Shown piece after piece: positions 46,554-59,310 of a DNA stretch of 64,000 nucleotides. Both the position numbers and the translations under genes were made by a program. The stretch is from Macrostomum lignano (Eukaryota). The notes below the pieces were generated by a model. The model did not search any database. It had not been told where the DNA came from and saw only the letters and a list, made by a program, of their open reading frames with translations. The stretch is from positions 62,001 through 126,000 of the forward strand of contig NIVC01002847.1 of assembly GCA_002269645.1 (NCBI GenBank). The letters are read 5' to 3'. Each line of letters opens with the position of its first letter. Within the stretch, counting starts at the first letter, position 1.

Positions 46554-47230
46554 TCTCTACATATAAAAATCAAAACTCTGTGTGTGTGTGTGTGTGTCTG
46601 TCTGTGTGTGGACAATTTTGATCGCTATGGACTCCCAAACCGCTCAACCAAATGACACCAAACTTTACACCCACCCTAAACATACTACGGAGAATGTCTT
46701 AGGCTACCTTTAAATTTCCTAAACTCAAGTCTTCCTACCTAAAAGTACAAAAAACTGCTCAAAATACGCGATTTTTTCACTAAATCCTCCATAGCGCCGC
46801 TCCACTTCTACCGATTCTCTTCAAATTTGACACAGACAATCTTCAACTATTTTGGCACAATCGTGTAAAGTTTCGAATCTCAAAGTTAATCTCTACATAT
46901 AAAAATCAAAACTCTGTGTGTGTGTGTGTGTGTCTGTCTGTCTGTGTGTGGACAATTTTGATCGCTATGGACTCCCAAACCGCTCAACCAAATGACACCA
47001 AACTTTACACCCACCCTAAACATACTACGGAGAATGTCTTAGGCTACCTTTAAATTTCCTAAACTCAAGTCTTCCTACCTAAAAGTACAAAAAACTGCTC
47101 AAAATACGCGATTTTTTCACTAAATCCTCCATAGCGCCGCTCCACTTTTACCGATTCTCTTCAAATTTGACACAGACAATCTTCAACTATTTTGGCACAA
47201 TCGTGTAAAGTTTCGAATCTCAAAGTTAAT
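46554..47230 (+). mobile_element. Helitron-like 5' region present as a 336-bp tandem duplication
   Basis: A|TCTCTACATATAAAAATC..(GT)n start at 46554, repeated at 46890; second unit ends ~47230; no canonical CTRR 3' end found. Confidence 0.6.
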
Positions 47231-48047
47231 CCTGAACGGCGCTGTGCACTTTTAAAGTTAGGCTGTTTTTTTCAGCGTAGCAACCACCCCAACCTCCGCC
47301 CGCCTGCCTCTCTTTCCCGATACCGATCTGGGCCCAGATGTGTAAAAGGGTTTCAAAATTGACTAACTTTCAGCTGCCATAAGTTTGCTCCATGTAAAGC
47401 GATTGACTTCAAACTTGACACAATTCTTCATTGACTCATTCTCTGTCTAAATTTAAAGTTTCAACTCTCTAACTCAATCAGAACAGAAACTGTAAACATG
47501 TGAAGTTTGTCTGCTTTTTCTGTTGTTTGTGCCACTCACTCACTCATTCCCCCAGAGCCAGACGAAGGGTCAGGCGATAGGGCTCAATGTAAATAGCGAG
47601 TGTACAGTGTTTTGGAATAACTTTTTAATAGCCTTCTCTGTACCCCCGCGAGTGGAGAGGCGTGGAGAGGAGAGAGTTTAGCGAGAGATTCAAACTTACT
47701 GTCCTCTGTATAGACAAGTCTGCAGCAGTTAAACAAGGATGGCAAATCAAGGCGATGTGGCATGGTTTGTAAAAATATCGAAAAATTAATGAATAACTGA
47801 TTACAATGCAATCCTACACCATGAAAATTTTAACATTAAGATTCGCATAAGGTACTTTAAAATTTAAATGGCCTCCTAAGAAATGCGTATTTCCATGGTT
47901 GTTAGACTGCTGCAGACTGTTGTGGTGGAGCTGAAAATATACAAATTCCTCTCAGGGCTGCTAATTGACCAGAAAAATGACGTGATTAAAGCATGAGAAA
48001 TGATAACAACCATGATAGTACTATGTCCCACAAACTGGCTTTCGAAG

Positions 48048-49060
48048 CAGGGATCGGCAGATTTTTTACGTCAAAGGCCAGATAAAGAATCAAGCTCATG
48101 GCTGCGGGCCATATGAGAATGAAAAGGAGAAGGAATAGACTATTAGAAAGAGCGGAGGGGCGAGAGGAGGATCAGAGAAAAGATAGAAAATAATAAGAGA
48201 GACGAGGGGGTGAGGAGAAAGCAGAGAATATGGGAGGAAGAAGCGAAAGGAGGGATAGAGGAGGGAGAGGAAAGAGTAGAGGTGAGAAGAGGGAAAAAGA
48301 AGAGTTAAGAGATGAGACAGAATCGATGAGAGAGGAGGGTAGAAAAGAGTAAGAAGAGAGTAGAGATGAGTAGACATGAGAGAACAGAGAGGAGATGAGA
48401 GAGGAGGGTAGAGAAGAGAGTAGAGATAAGTAGACAAGAGAGAACAGAGAGGAGATGAGAGAAAATTGAGAGGAGCGATTAGAAAGGATAGAGAAGAGAG
48501 GAGATAAGAGGGGGAGAGAGGAGTGAGAAGAGAGGAGAGAGATGAGATCGAGTTGCGAAAGAAGAGAGGAGAAAGGAGAGATGATTGAGTAAAGGGAAGA
48601 GGAGGATAGAGGAAAGAGATGAGAGAGATGAAAGGAAAGCTGAAAGAGTAGAGATGAAAGATGAAGGAAGAGAGAGCAGAGTGCAAAGACGAGAGAAGAG
48701 AATAGAGGGAGAGAGTAGAGGAGAGGGAAGAGAAGTAAGGAAAGAGAGGAGTCAGAAGAGGGGAAAGAGAAGACTACACCGGAGAGAACATATAAGAGTA
48801 AAGATGACAGATGAGAGAAAGGAGATGAGAGAGCAGAAACGAGAGTGAACAGATGAGAGATGGGAGAGTAGAGAGAAAAGAGGAGAGATAGATAAGAAAT
48901 GAGGTGAGAGGTGGAGACAAGGGAGAGATGAGAAGTGAGTGAGGAGAGAGGAGGGAAGGGAAGAGAATCGAGAGGACAGGGGAAATTGGTGGAAAGGACG
49001 AGAGAGGAGAGGAAAGAGGGGAGAGATTAGAAAGAAGAGAGATGGGACAGGACAGGACAG

Positions 49061-49133
<73 letters not shown>

Positions 49134-49696
49134 AGAGGAGAGAAAGCAGAGAGAAATGAGAAAAGATAAGAGAGAGAAGATAAAATAAGGCGAGAGAGAC
49201 GAGAGGTGAGGGAAGAGATAAGAGGAGAGAGTGGGCAGAAGAGGAGAGAGTGGGCAGAAGAGGAGAGAGTGGGCAGAAGAGGAGAGAGTGGGCAGAAGAG
49301 GAGAGAGTTTAGAGAAGAGAAGAAAGGAAAAAGGAGAGAGGAGAGATGAGGGAAGTGTTGAGAGAGGGTAGAGTAAGGAGTGAGAAGAGGGGAGAGGGAA
49401 GAGAGAGTAGAGAGCAGAGAGAAATGAGAAGAGATTAAAAAAGAGAAAGGAGATCAGAGATCAGAGACCAGAAAGAAGAGAGGAGAGGCCAGGAGAGAGA
49501 AAGAGAGAAGAGAGGAGAGGCCAGGAGAGAGAAAGAGAGAAGAGAGGAGAGGCTAAGAGAGAGAAAAGAATAGAGGAGAGAGGGGAGACGAGAGACGAGA
49601 GAGAAGATAGGAAACAGAAGAGAAGATACTGTAGAAGTTTCAAAGGATCCAAGGGACATATGGAGAGGCAGAGACCAGAGTTTGCCTGACATTCTG
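48048..49696 (+). mobile_element. Possible hAT-Charlie-type MITE enclosing a GA-rich tract
   Basis: CAGGGATCGGCAGATTTTTTACGTCAAAGGCCAGATA..GCGGGCCATATG resembles recalled MER58-like left ends. Degenerate right end CCAGAGTTTGCCTGACATTCTG; no TSD seen. Confidence 0.4.
48115..49630. repeat. Purine-rich (GA) low-complexity tract with pure (GA)n at ~49062-49130 and a 19-bp repeat at ~49220-49305
   Basis: Plus strand almost entirely A/G. Confidence 0.95.
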
Positions 49697-50554
49697 CGCA
49701 GCACCCCAGCCAACAATATAAATGTTTGCCTCAAATCCTAATTTTACATGAATGTACTCTATTTTATGTTTAACTCTGTCCTAACTATAAACAAGTTTTT
49801 GTTTGAGTTTGACCTCAGATTTTAAAATACATGCAAAAATAATTCTGGGGAATGGAGTTCCCCGGGTTCAAAATCCGCGGGTTTCAACAGCTTGTACTTC
49901 ATGTTAAAAAGTTAGTTATACTTATCATATATATGAAAAAACACACCCTTGAAATACTACTGACTCCTCTGGCAATCAGTAGAAATACGCGCGTATTAAT
50001 ATTAAAACTTACTCGCCTGTATATATATGCATATATTTGTACTTCAGCCGCAGAGAGTAAAATGATTTGATGTATTAGTTAAGTATTTTTCTAATACAAA
50101 TTATCGTTAATTTTTTTTTTTGAAAAATCAAGCTCCGACTTCAAGCGAGGTTTTTTGCTACAGCTGGTGTAGTCTGCAGGCTGAAAGCAGAAGAAGGATC
50201 GCCATTTAGGTACATTTGTCCCCGTCAGTTGGCTCGCTTGGTTTAGGCTGGGACTGTGAGCGCGAATTCCATGCAAAGACATTTGAAGCCATCCATAAAA
50301 GATAATAAAGCTGAGCATTAACAAATAAAAGAGCCGAGCATTAACAAAAAATGCATTTATATGAATCTGTGAATGCAACAGAAAATCTTTTTTGTGCGTG
50401 GGCGCGTCGGTTTTTAGGCTTCCTCTTACTCGCGGGTCTTCTGAGATCGGCGACGCCCCAGATTTTTTCTATTTCTAAGTCTGAAAAGTGCGCAGAAGGA
50501 AGGCGAAGGAGGGAAGGTGGCTCTCTTGCTTGCTGGTGCCATTTCATTTTGATT

Positions 50555-52435
50555 TTGATGATGCGTGTGCCATTTCATTTTGATTTTGATGATGCGTGTG
50601 CCATTTCATTTTGATGATGCGTGTGCCATTTCATTTTGATGATGCGTGTGCCATTTCATTTTGATGATGCGTGTGCCATTTCATTTTGATAATGCGTGTG
50701 CCATTTCATTTTGATAATGCGTGTGCCATTTCATTTTGATGATGCGTGTGCCATTTCATTTTGATGATGCGTGTGCCATTTCATTTTGATGATGCGTGTG
50801 CCATTTCATTTTGATGATGCGTGTGCCATTTCATTTTGATAATGCGTGTGCCATTTCATTTTGATGATGCGTGTGCCATTTCATTTTGATGATGCGTGTG
50901 CCATTTCATTTTGATGATGCGTGTGCCATTTCATTTTGATGATGCGTGTGCCATTTCATTTTGATGATGCGTGTGCCATTTCATTTTGATAATGCGTGTG
51001 CCATTTCATTTTGATGATGCGTGTGCCATTTCATTTTGATGATGCGTGTGCCATTTCATTTTGATGATGCGTGTGCCATTTCATTTTGATAATGCGTGTG
51101 CCATTTCATTTTGATAATGCGTGTGCCATTTCATTTTGATGATGCGTGTGCCATTTCATTTTGATGATGCGTGTGCCATTTCATTTTGATGATGCGTGTG
51201 CCATTTCATTTTGATGATGCGTGTGCCATTTCATTTTGATGATGCGTGTGCCATTTCATTTTGATGATGCGTGTGCCATTTTATTTTGATGATGCGTGTG
51301 CCATTTCATTTTGATGATGCGTGTGCCATTTCATTTTGATGATGCGTGTGCCATTTTATTTTGATGATGCGTGTGCCATTTCATTTTGATAATGCGTGTG
51401 CCATTTCATTTTGATAATGCGTGTGCCATTTCATTTTGATGATGCGTGTGCCATTTCATTTTGATAATGCGTGTGCCATTTCATTTTGATGATGCGTGTG
51501 CCATTTCATTTTGATAATGCGTGTGCCATTTCATTTTGATAATGCGTGTGCCATTTCATTTTGATAATGCGTGTGCCATTTCATTTTGATAATGCGTGTG
51601 CCATTTCATTTTGATGATGCGTGTGCCATTTCATTTTGATGATGCGTGTGCCATTTCATTTTGATGATGCGTGTGCCATTTCATTTTGATAATGCGTGTG
51701 CCATTTCATTTTGATGATGCGTGTGCCATTTCATTTTGATGATGCGTGTGCCATTTCATTTTGATGATGCGTGTGCCATTTCATTTTGATGATGCGTGTG
51801 CCATTTCATTTTGATGATGCGTGTGCCATTTCATTTTGATGATGCGTGTGCCATTTCATTTTGATAATGCGTGTGCCATTTCATTTTGATGATGCGTGTG
51901 CCATTTCATTTTGATAATGCGTGTGCCATTTTATTTTGATAATGCGTGTGCCATTTCATTTTGATAATGCGTGTGCCATTTCATTTTGATAATGCGTGTG
52001 CCATTTCATTTTGATGATGCGTGTGCCATTTCATTTTGATGATGCGTGTGCCATTTTATTTTGATGATGCGTGTGCCATTTCATTTTGATAATGCGTGTG
52101 CCATTTCATTTTGATAATGCGTGTGCCATTTCATTTTGATAATGCGTGTGCCATTTCATTTTGATGATGCGTGTGCCATTTCATTTTGATGATGCGTGTG
52201 CCATTTCATTTTGATGATGCGTGTGCCATTTCATTTTGATAATGCGTGTGCCGTTTCTTTTTATGATGCGTGTGCCATTTCATTTTGATGATGCGTGTGC
52301 CATTTCATTTTTATGATGCGTGTGCCATTTCATTTTGATAATGCGTGTGCCATTTCATTTTGATAATGCGTGTGCCATTTCATTTTGATAATGCGTGTGC
52401 CATTTCATTTTGATAATGCGTGTGCCATTTTATTT
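50555..52435. repeat. 25-bp minisatellite (GATGATGCGTGTGCCATTTCATTTT)n, about 75 copies
   Basis: Highly homogeneous; main variant GATAAT vs GATGAT. Confidence 0.97.
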
Positions 52436-52735
52436 AAGAATCTCCATTCATCATCAAACTGCTGTGTAGCAGAAGCAGGTTTGCTAGAAAAAACCAACTG
52501 TTTGGTTTGAAAGATTAGGCTCAGCATTAATCTTTCTGATTGTCATAAAGCAAGCATTTTATACTCTTATTTTGCATCCGTATCACTGAATAAGCTTTTA
52601 ACTCACGCGACAGGTATAGGAAAGAAATGCAGTTTGATGTATAAATCCTGTGATCGCACGAATCCGGCTTCATTGATTTCATGGTCTTTCAAAGTTGTTT
52701 TACTTTAACACGTGTGACAAGTGTTAAGGGTGAAA

Positions 52736-53090
52736 GAGGCTCCCTACCGAAGGTTTGTTGGTAGAAGAGGCTCCCTACCGAAGGTTTGTTGGTAGAAGAG
52801 GCTCCCTACCGAAGGTTTGTTGGTAGAAGAGGCTCCCTACTGAAGGTTTGTTGGTAGAAGAGGCTCCCTACCGAATGTTTGGTAGAAGAGGCTCCCTACC
52901 GAAGGTTTGTTGGTAGAAGAGGCTCCCTACTGAAGGTTTGTTGGTAGAAGAGGCTCCCTACCGAATGTTTGTTGGTAGAAGAGGCTCCCTACTGAAGGTT
53001 TGTTGGTAGAAGAGGCTCCCTACCGAATGTTTGTTGGTAGAAGAGGCTCCCTACCGAAGGTTTGTTGGTAGAAGAGGCTCCGTATTGAAG
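52736..53090. repeat. 31-bp minisatellite (AGAGGCTCCCTACCGAAGGTTTGTTGGTAGA)n, about 11 copies
   Basis: Direct reading. Confidence 0.95.
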
Positions 53091-53657
53091 GACAGATACG
53101 GCAGAAGAAGCTCCCTACGAGCATACTGACAGGGCAAAGCAGTTTTAAACAGACGGCATGTAAATTGTTTAAGTGTTAATTAAAAAAAATTTTTATGCTT
53201 TTATACCCTTCTACCCTCGATATCCAGCAGCCCGCGTCTTTACTGTGGGCTCCTGACGGTCCTTATCTTTCTAATCAATATGTTTATTTCTTAGCCTGGA
53301 GCAGCTGGGCAGGGTAAGGGGGTTAAACATGAATATTCCCAGTGGATATTTTCAAAATCATCAATTGGGAATCAAGGCTAGGGATAAGGAATGAGGTTAG
53401 TTTTTGTTGAGAGGGCCGACGAAAAATGATCAAGAAGAGATTCTTGTTGTTGTTGACCTGTGCTGTCTTAAGCAAAGAGTATAACTTAAACCCGAGAAAC
53501 AGTCTGATCACCTTGCATTGCGATTGGTTAGTCGGGCTGATTCGTCAGTACTTCTTTCCTTACCCTCCCCTCCACTCTCCTTTCCTTTTTCCGTTCCGTT
53601 CTCGTCAATATCGGATAAGCAGTTGTGTGCAGTGTGTGTTATCATCAATTATCTGAG

Positions 53658-53930
53658 ATGCTGAGCGAACCGGACGATCTGGGCAAAGCGGAATCAACTA
53701 CGGCCTCGGTGCAGTCCTTGCGCAGCGGCAGCACCAGCGAAGGCGCCGAGTTTAGCGCCGCAGATGCGGACGACTCGTCCGCGCAACAGCAGCTTTCGGA
53801 GCAGTTGTCGAATATTCGAGCTGCTCGGCAACAACAGCAGCAGCAGCAGCAGCCTCAAGTCTTGAAGCCGCGTCAGCGTAGCAACGCCATTTCGGCTAGC
53901 TCAATGCAGCTGTATCTGAAGCATTACAAG
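53658..53930 (+). CDS. Probable first coding exon of an unidentified multi-exon gene (acidic/Ser-rich, poly-Q)
   Basis: GC-rich non-repetitive ORF from ATG 53658 (MLSEPDD...QQQQQQQQPQVLKPRQRSNAISASSMQLYLKHYK) ending at AAG|GTAGCC, after which composition turns AT-rich; inverted CCAAT (GATTGG) ~135 bp upstream. Confidence 0.5.
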
Positions 53931-54244
53931 GTAGCCAAGCATAACTATTTCGATCGGGTTTGCAATAGTGCGGATGTTACTACTAGTAGCAGTAGTAATT
54001 TAACTTTCAATCAATCGCTTGCAAATAATGTTGCTGGGAAAGCGGTAGGGAATGACGATTCTTTAATATTAAAGTAATTATTATTGATTTAATGCGTTTA
54101 TAATCGGCCAGTCGGCCAGAGTTTCTATTATTTTCTGTTAGTTAAAAGTGTTGCCAAGATAAATTCAGTTGAACTAATTAAAGTGTCCGAGGTAGCTGTT
54201 AAATTGGTCTGTCTGCGTTTTTTTTGACTCAATTCATAATTGTC

Positions 54245-54940
54245 TAATGACTCAAATCATTGATTGTCTGAAATAGCGCAAATCACTATCTAAAATGACT
54301 CAAATCACTATCTAAAATGACCCAAATCACTATCTAAAATGATGCAAATCATCGATTGTCTGAATGACTCAAATCATTGTGAAATGACTCAATTCATTGA
54401 TTGTCTAATTGACTCGAATCAATATCTGAAGTGACTCAAGTTATTTATTGTCTGAATGACTCAAACCAATGTCTGTAATGACTCAAATCACTATCTAAAA
54501 TGATGCAAATCATCGATTGTCTGAATGACTCAAATCATTGTGAAATGACTCAATTCATTGATTGTCTAATTGACTCGAATCAATATCTGAAGTGACTCAA
54601 ATTATTTATTGTCTGAATGACTCAAACCAATGTCTGTAATGACTCAAATCACTATCTGAAATGACTCAAATCATTGATTGTCTAAAATAGCGCAAATCAC
54701 TATCTGAAATGACTCAAATCATTGATTGTCTGAAATAGCGCAAATCACTATCTAAAATGACTCCAATCAATATCTAAAATGACGCAAATCATTGATTGTC
54801 TGAATGACTCAAGTCATTATGTGAAATGACTCAAATTATTTATTGTCTGAATGACTCAAACCAATGTCTGTAATGACTCAAATCATTGTCTGAAATGACT
54901 CAAGTCATTGATTGTCTGAATGACTCAAATAATTATCTGA
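54245..54940. repeat. Irregular AT-rich tandem repeat built on AATGACTCAAATCA
   Basis: About 20 TGACTCA heptamers counted by eye. Confidence 0.85.
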
Positions 54941-55619
54941 AATGCCTGAAATAAATCTGCTTCCTGCCATTGGTAGCGCTTTTTACCTATTTTAAGCGGC
55001 TTTTGTGTGTTTTCTGCTCTTTGTTTTCGACAGCATTGTATTTCTGCTTTTGCGTTTTGAGACCCGCTCCCAGTGTCAATATCGTTGTCTTGTCTTGGGG
55101 CCAAAAATAACCTTACAAAATATGTACCCAAGCTTCAGCTTTTCTAGTCTGATAAGAATTATTAATCTTCAATAAATTCCACACGTCGATTCGTGTCGAC
55201 TTTGCACGTTGCCCGATAAAACAAGTTATTTTTTGTACTTTTATATCATAAAGACAGCGTTTTATCTCAATTATTTTGCGTCTCTATTGTCATTTGTATC
55301 AGGAAAATGCAAAAAGCACTTATACGTGTACTTTTAGCCTCGTGTTCTGGGTATATTGTATACCATTGTATGACTTAACACACTCTGTATGACTCTCATG
55401 CAGTTATTGTAATTTTTTGGTCCTCACTTAATTCATACTTCTACCCAGCTTTCTAATTTAATTAATAGTATTGGCAAATGTGAATTAAATATTCCAGTAT
55501 TTTAACAAAAATATACCAACACTAAATATTTATTTTTAATGTTGTCTCATTCGAATGCAACTGAGACTATTCAGTGTGCTTTGCTTTGAAACTAGCTGGT
55601 TTGTAGGCTTTGGGAATGG

Positions 55620-56400
55620 ATAATATTGACCTTGTCTGATTAATAATATTGATATTGTCTGAGTGATAATATTGCCCTTGTCTGATTGATAATATTTACC
55701 TTATATGATTGATAATATTGACCTTGTCTGATTGATAATATTGCCCTTGTCTGATTAATAATATTGTCCTTGTCTGATTGATAATATTGCCCTTGTCTGA
55801 TTAATAATATTGTCCTTGTCTGATTGATAATATTGCCCTTGTCTGATTGATAATATTGTCCTTGTCTGATTGATAATATTGTCCTTGTCTGATTGATAAT
55901 ATTTACCTTATATGATTGATAATATTGACCTTGTCTGATTGATAATATTGCCCTTGTCTGATTAATAATATTGTCCTTGTCTGATTGATAATATTGCCCT
56001 TGTCTGATTAATAATATTGTCCTTGTCTGATTGATAATATTGTCCTTGTCTGATTGATAATATTGTCCTTGTCTGATTGATAATATTGTCCTTGTCTGGT
56101 TGATAATATTGACCTTGTCTGATTGATAATATTGAACTTGTCTGATTGATAATATTGTCCTTGTCTGATTGATAATATTGCCCTTGTCTGGTTGATAATA
56201 TTGAACTTGTCTGATTGATAATATTGTCCTTGTCTGATTGATAATATTGACCTTGTCTGATTGATAATATTGCCCTTGTCTGATTGATAATATTGCCCTT
56301 GTCTGATTGATAATATTGCCCTTGTCTGGTTGATAATATTGCCCTTGTCTGGTTGATAATATTGCCCTTGTCTGATTGATAATATTGCCCTTGTCTGATA
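55620..56400. repeat. 23-bp minisatellite (TTGTCTGATTGATAATATTGYCC)n, decaying to ~56610
   Basis: Direct reading. Confidence 0.95.
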
Positions 56401-57159
56401 ATATTGTTCATTTTGTGTGATTGATACTGTTGATGTGCTGTGATCGATACTGTTGATATTGTGTGATTTTTAGTGTTGTATTTTTAGTATATATGATCTT
56501 GTGTGATTGATAATAATGATATTGTCTGATTGATAATATTGATCTTGTGTGATTGATAAGTTTAATCTTGTATGATAGATATATGCTGAGATTGATACTG
56601 TTGATGTGATGTAATGGATGCTGTTGGCCTAAGCATGCATAGCAGTCACAGAATAGCCATGGCAAGAGTGCCACCGCACTGCAGCCTTTCCTACGCCCCC
56701 CCCCCTGCCCTGCTCTGCCCTTTGATGGCAGTCGCATATTTGCTAATTGTCGCCATTTGACAATCTGCTGGTTGCCATGCTCCTGCTGTTAACTTGATCC
56801 TCGCCAGCTCTTTACCTCCCCCTGACACTCACTCGTTACATGATTACTAGATTGAAAGCGTGCCGGAAGTTGGGTGAGAGGGCAGCGAATTTTTTTCCAA
56901 GATTATCGACTTTTCTCAGAATAGCCTGCTTCTACTCATCACACAGTGTATGGATGTGTTTCCTGCGCATTGTTGCTTCTGTCCATTTCCTGTCTGGCGT
57001 CTGTTGTCACCCCCCCCCCCCGGCTACTGACTGAGCGAGGAATCGACAGCTTCTCAAATGTCCTTCTAAATTGTAGTGGTAGCACTGGGCGTTTTTTAAA
57101 GCACTGCAGCTTAATTTAGCTCACCTGTGCTGGGTCGCATTGGCTGTGGAGTGAGCCTC

Positions 57160-57700
57160 CCTCACCCACTGCAGACACCCGCTAGCCTCCCTCTCAGTGC
57201 AGACACCCGCTACCCTCCCCATCACCATTGCAGACACCCGCTACCCTCCCTCACCCACTGCAGACACCTGCTACCCTCCCTCACCCACTGCAGACACCTG
57301 CTACCCTCCCTCACCCACTGCAGACACCTGCTACCCTCCCTCACCCACTGCAGACACCCGCTAGCCTCCCTCACTCAGTGCAGACACCCGCTAGCCTCCC
57401 TCTCAGTGCAGACACCCGCTAGCCTCCATCACCCACTGCAGACACCTGCTACCCTCCCTCACCCACTGCAGACACCTGCTACCCTCCCTCACCCACTGCA
57501 GACACCTGCTACCCTCCCTCACCCACTGCAGACACCTGCTACCCTCCCTCACCCACTGCAGACACCCGCTAGCCTCCCTCACTCAGTGCAGACACCCGCT
57601 ACCCTCCCTCACTCAGTGCAGACACCCGCTACCCTCCCTCACTCAGTGCAGACACCCGCTACCCTCCCTCAGCCAATGCAGACACCCGCCACACTCCCTG
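57160..57700. repeat. 30-bp minisatellite (CTACCCTCCCTCACCCACTGCAGACACCYG)n
   Basis: Direct reading; 10-aa periodic ORFs are by-products. Confidence 0.95.
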
Positions 57701-58552
57701 AGTTCTAGTTGCCTCATCATATCGATAGTCGTCAGTCAGTGCAATGCAGCTTGTGCATCGAAACTTCTCGCCCCATTCCAGAGCCCTCACACAGCCGTTC
57801 TCACTAATGCTGTCAGCTCAGGCTCAGCAGTGGCCACCCAGAGCTAATAATACCGAATTGTACGTCAATGATGAACAGGTAAGTCGTTATTTTTCTATCT
57901 AAATACTAAAAATGAAAATCTTTTCTATCTAAATCCAATGTGTTTTCTATATAAAAATTGTTGGTATTCTCCTATTTCTCTACTTAGCCAAGTAGTTCAT
58001 TTTGATTATGAAAATTGTTTTTTATTTTATTGTTATACGTCTAGACGCAATTGAAGCAGACGTACTGATCAAATTATTGTTAGCTTAACTGCTTTTAGTT
58101 TCAAACGATGCTTGACTGCACCAATTTCTTTCTGCTGCTACTGTTGAAGGGTTTCTATCGGTTGTGTTGCTTTTTGCTGCTTCTAAAAGAGAAAAAATTG
58201 TAGAAATTCCGATTTAGCGGCAAGAGAAGCCGCAGAAACGGACCGCGCCTTTAATATTATTTAATATTTCTATTGCTTCTCTGTCTGCTTTTAGTATTTG
58301 AATTAAGGGCGTTGCAATGCAATATTTCTTGGATAATTTCATCCATTCATTGCTATAAATTGTTGCGTTTCTATGGTTTTAATTAAGTGTCTAGACGCAG
58401 GTGCGTCAGCAGCAACAACAAAAGAAAGCGAAATTGCTGTTTTGTTTCTTCTTGACAAAGTACAATACATTAAAAATACTATGTACTATGTATTTCGGAC
58501 AATATGACTCAGCGGCTATACCTGTCATGAAATATGATAGTAGTAATCTCAT

Positions 58553-59310
58553 TGGTATCTGAGCAACTCCCTGATTGAGTCATAGCATCTCAGCAACTCC
58601 CCCATTGAGTCATAGCATCTCAGCAACTCCCCCATTGAGCCATGGCATCTCAGCAACTCCCCCATTGAGCCATGGCATCTCAGCAACTCCCCCCATTGAG
58701 CCATGGCATCTCAGCAACTCCCCCCATTGAGCCATGGCATCTCAGCAACTCCCCCCATTGAGCCATGGCATCTCAGCAACTCCCTGATTGAGTCATAGCA
58801 TCTCAGCAACTCCCCCATTGAGCCATGGCATCTCAGCAACTCCCCCATTGAGCCATGGCATCTCAGCAACTCCCCCCATTGAGCCATGGCATCTCAGCAA
58901 CTCCCCCCATTGAGCCATGGCATCTCAGCAACTCCCCCCATTGAGCCATGGCATCTCAGCAAATCCCATATAGCCATGGCATCTCAGCAAATCCCATATT
59001 GAGCCATGGCATCTCAGCAAATCCCATATTGAGCCATGGCATCTCAGCAAATCCCATATTGAGCCATGGCATCTCAGCAAATCCCATATTGAGCCATGGC
59101 ATCTCAGCAAATCCCATATTGAGCCATGGCATCTCAGCAAATCCCATATTGAGCCATGGCATCTCAGCAAATCCCATATTGAGCCATGGCATCTCAGCAA
59201 ATCCCATATTGAGCCATGGCATCTCAGCAAATCCCATATTGAGCCATGGCATCTCAGCAAATCCCATATTGAGCCATGGCATCTCAGCAAATCCCATATT
59301 GAGCCATGGC
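58553..59310. repeat. ~30-bp minisatellite (GAGCCATGGCATCTCAGCAA-CTCCCCCATT / -ATCCCATATT)n in two sub-arrays
   Basis: Variant A 58553-58960, variant B 58960-59310. Confidence 0.95.

Noticed and set aside
48096-49734. Leu/Ser-rich and Glu/Arg-rich ORFs
   Set aside because: Low-complexity GA tract translation
53310-53326. piggyBac-like end GGGTAAGGGGG|TTAA
   Set aside because: No matching TTAA|CCC partner end found nearby
58030-58400. Two GTCTAGACGC motifs about 350 bp apart suggesting MITE ends
   Set aside because: Match too short and no TSD or extended TIR found
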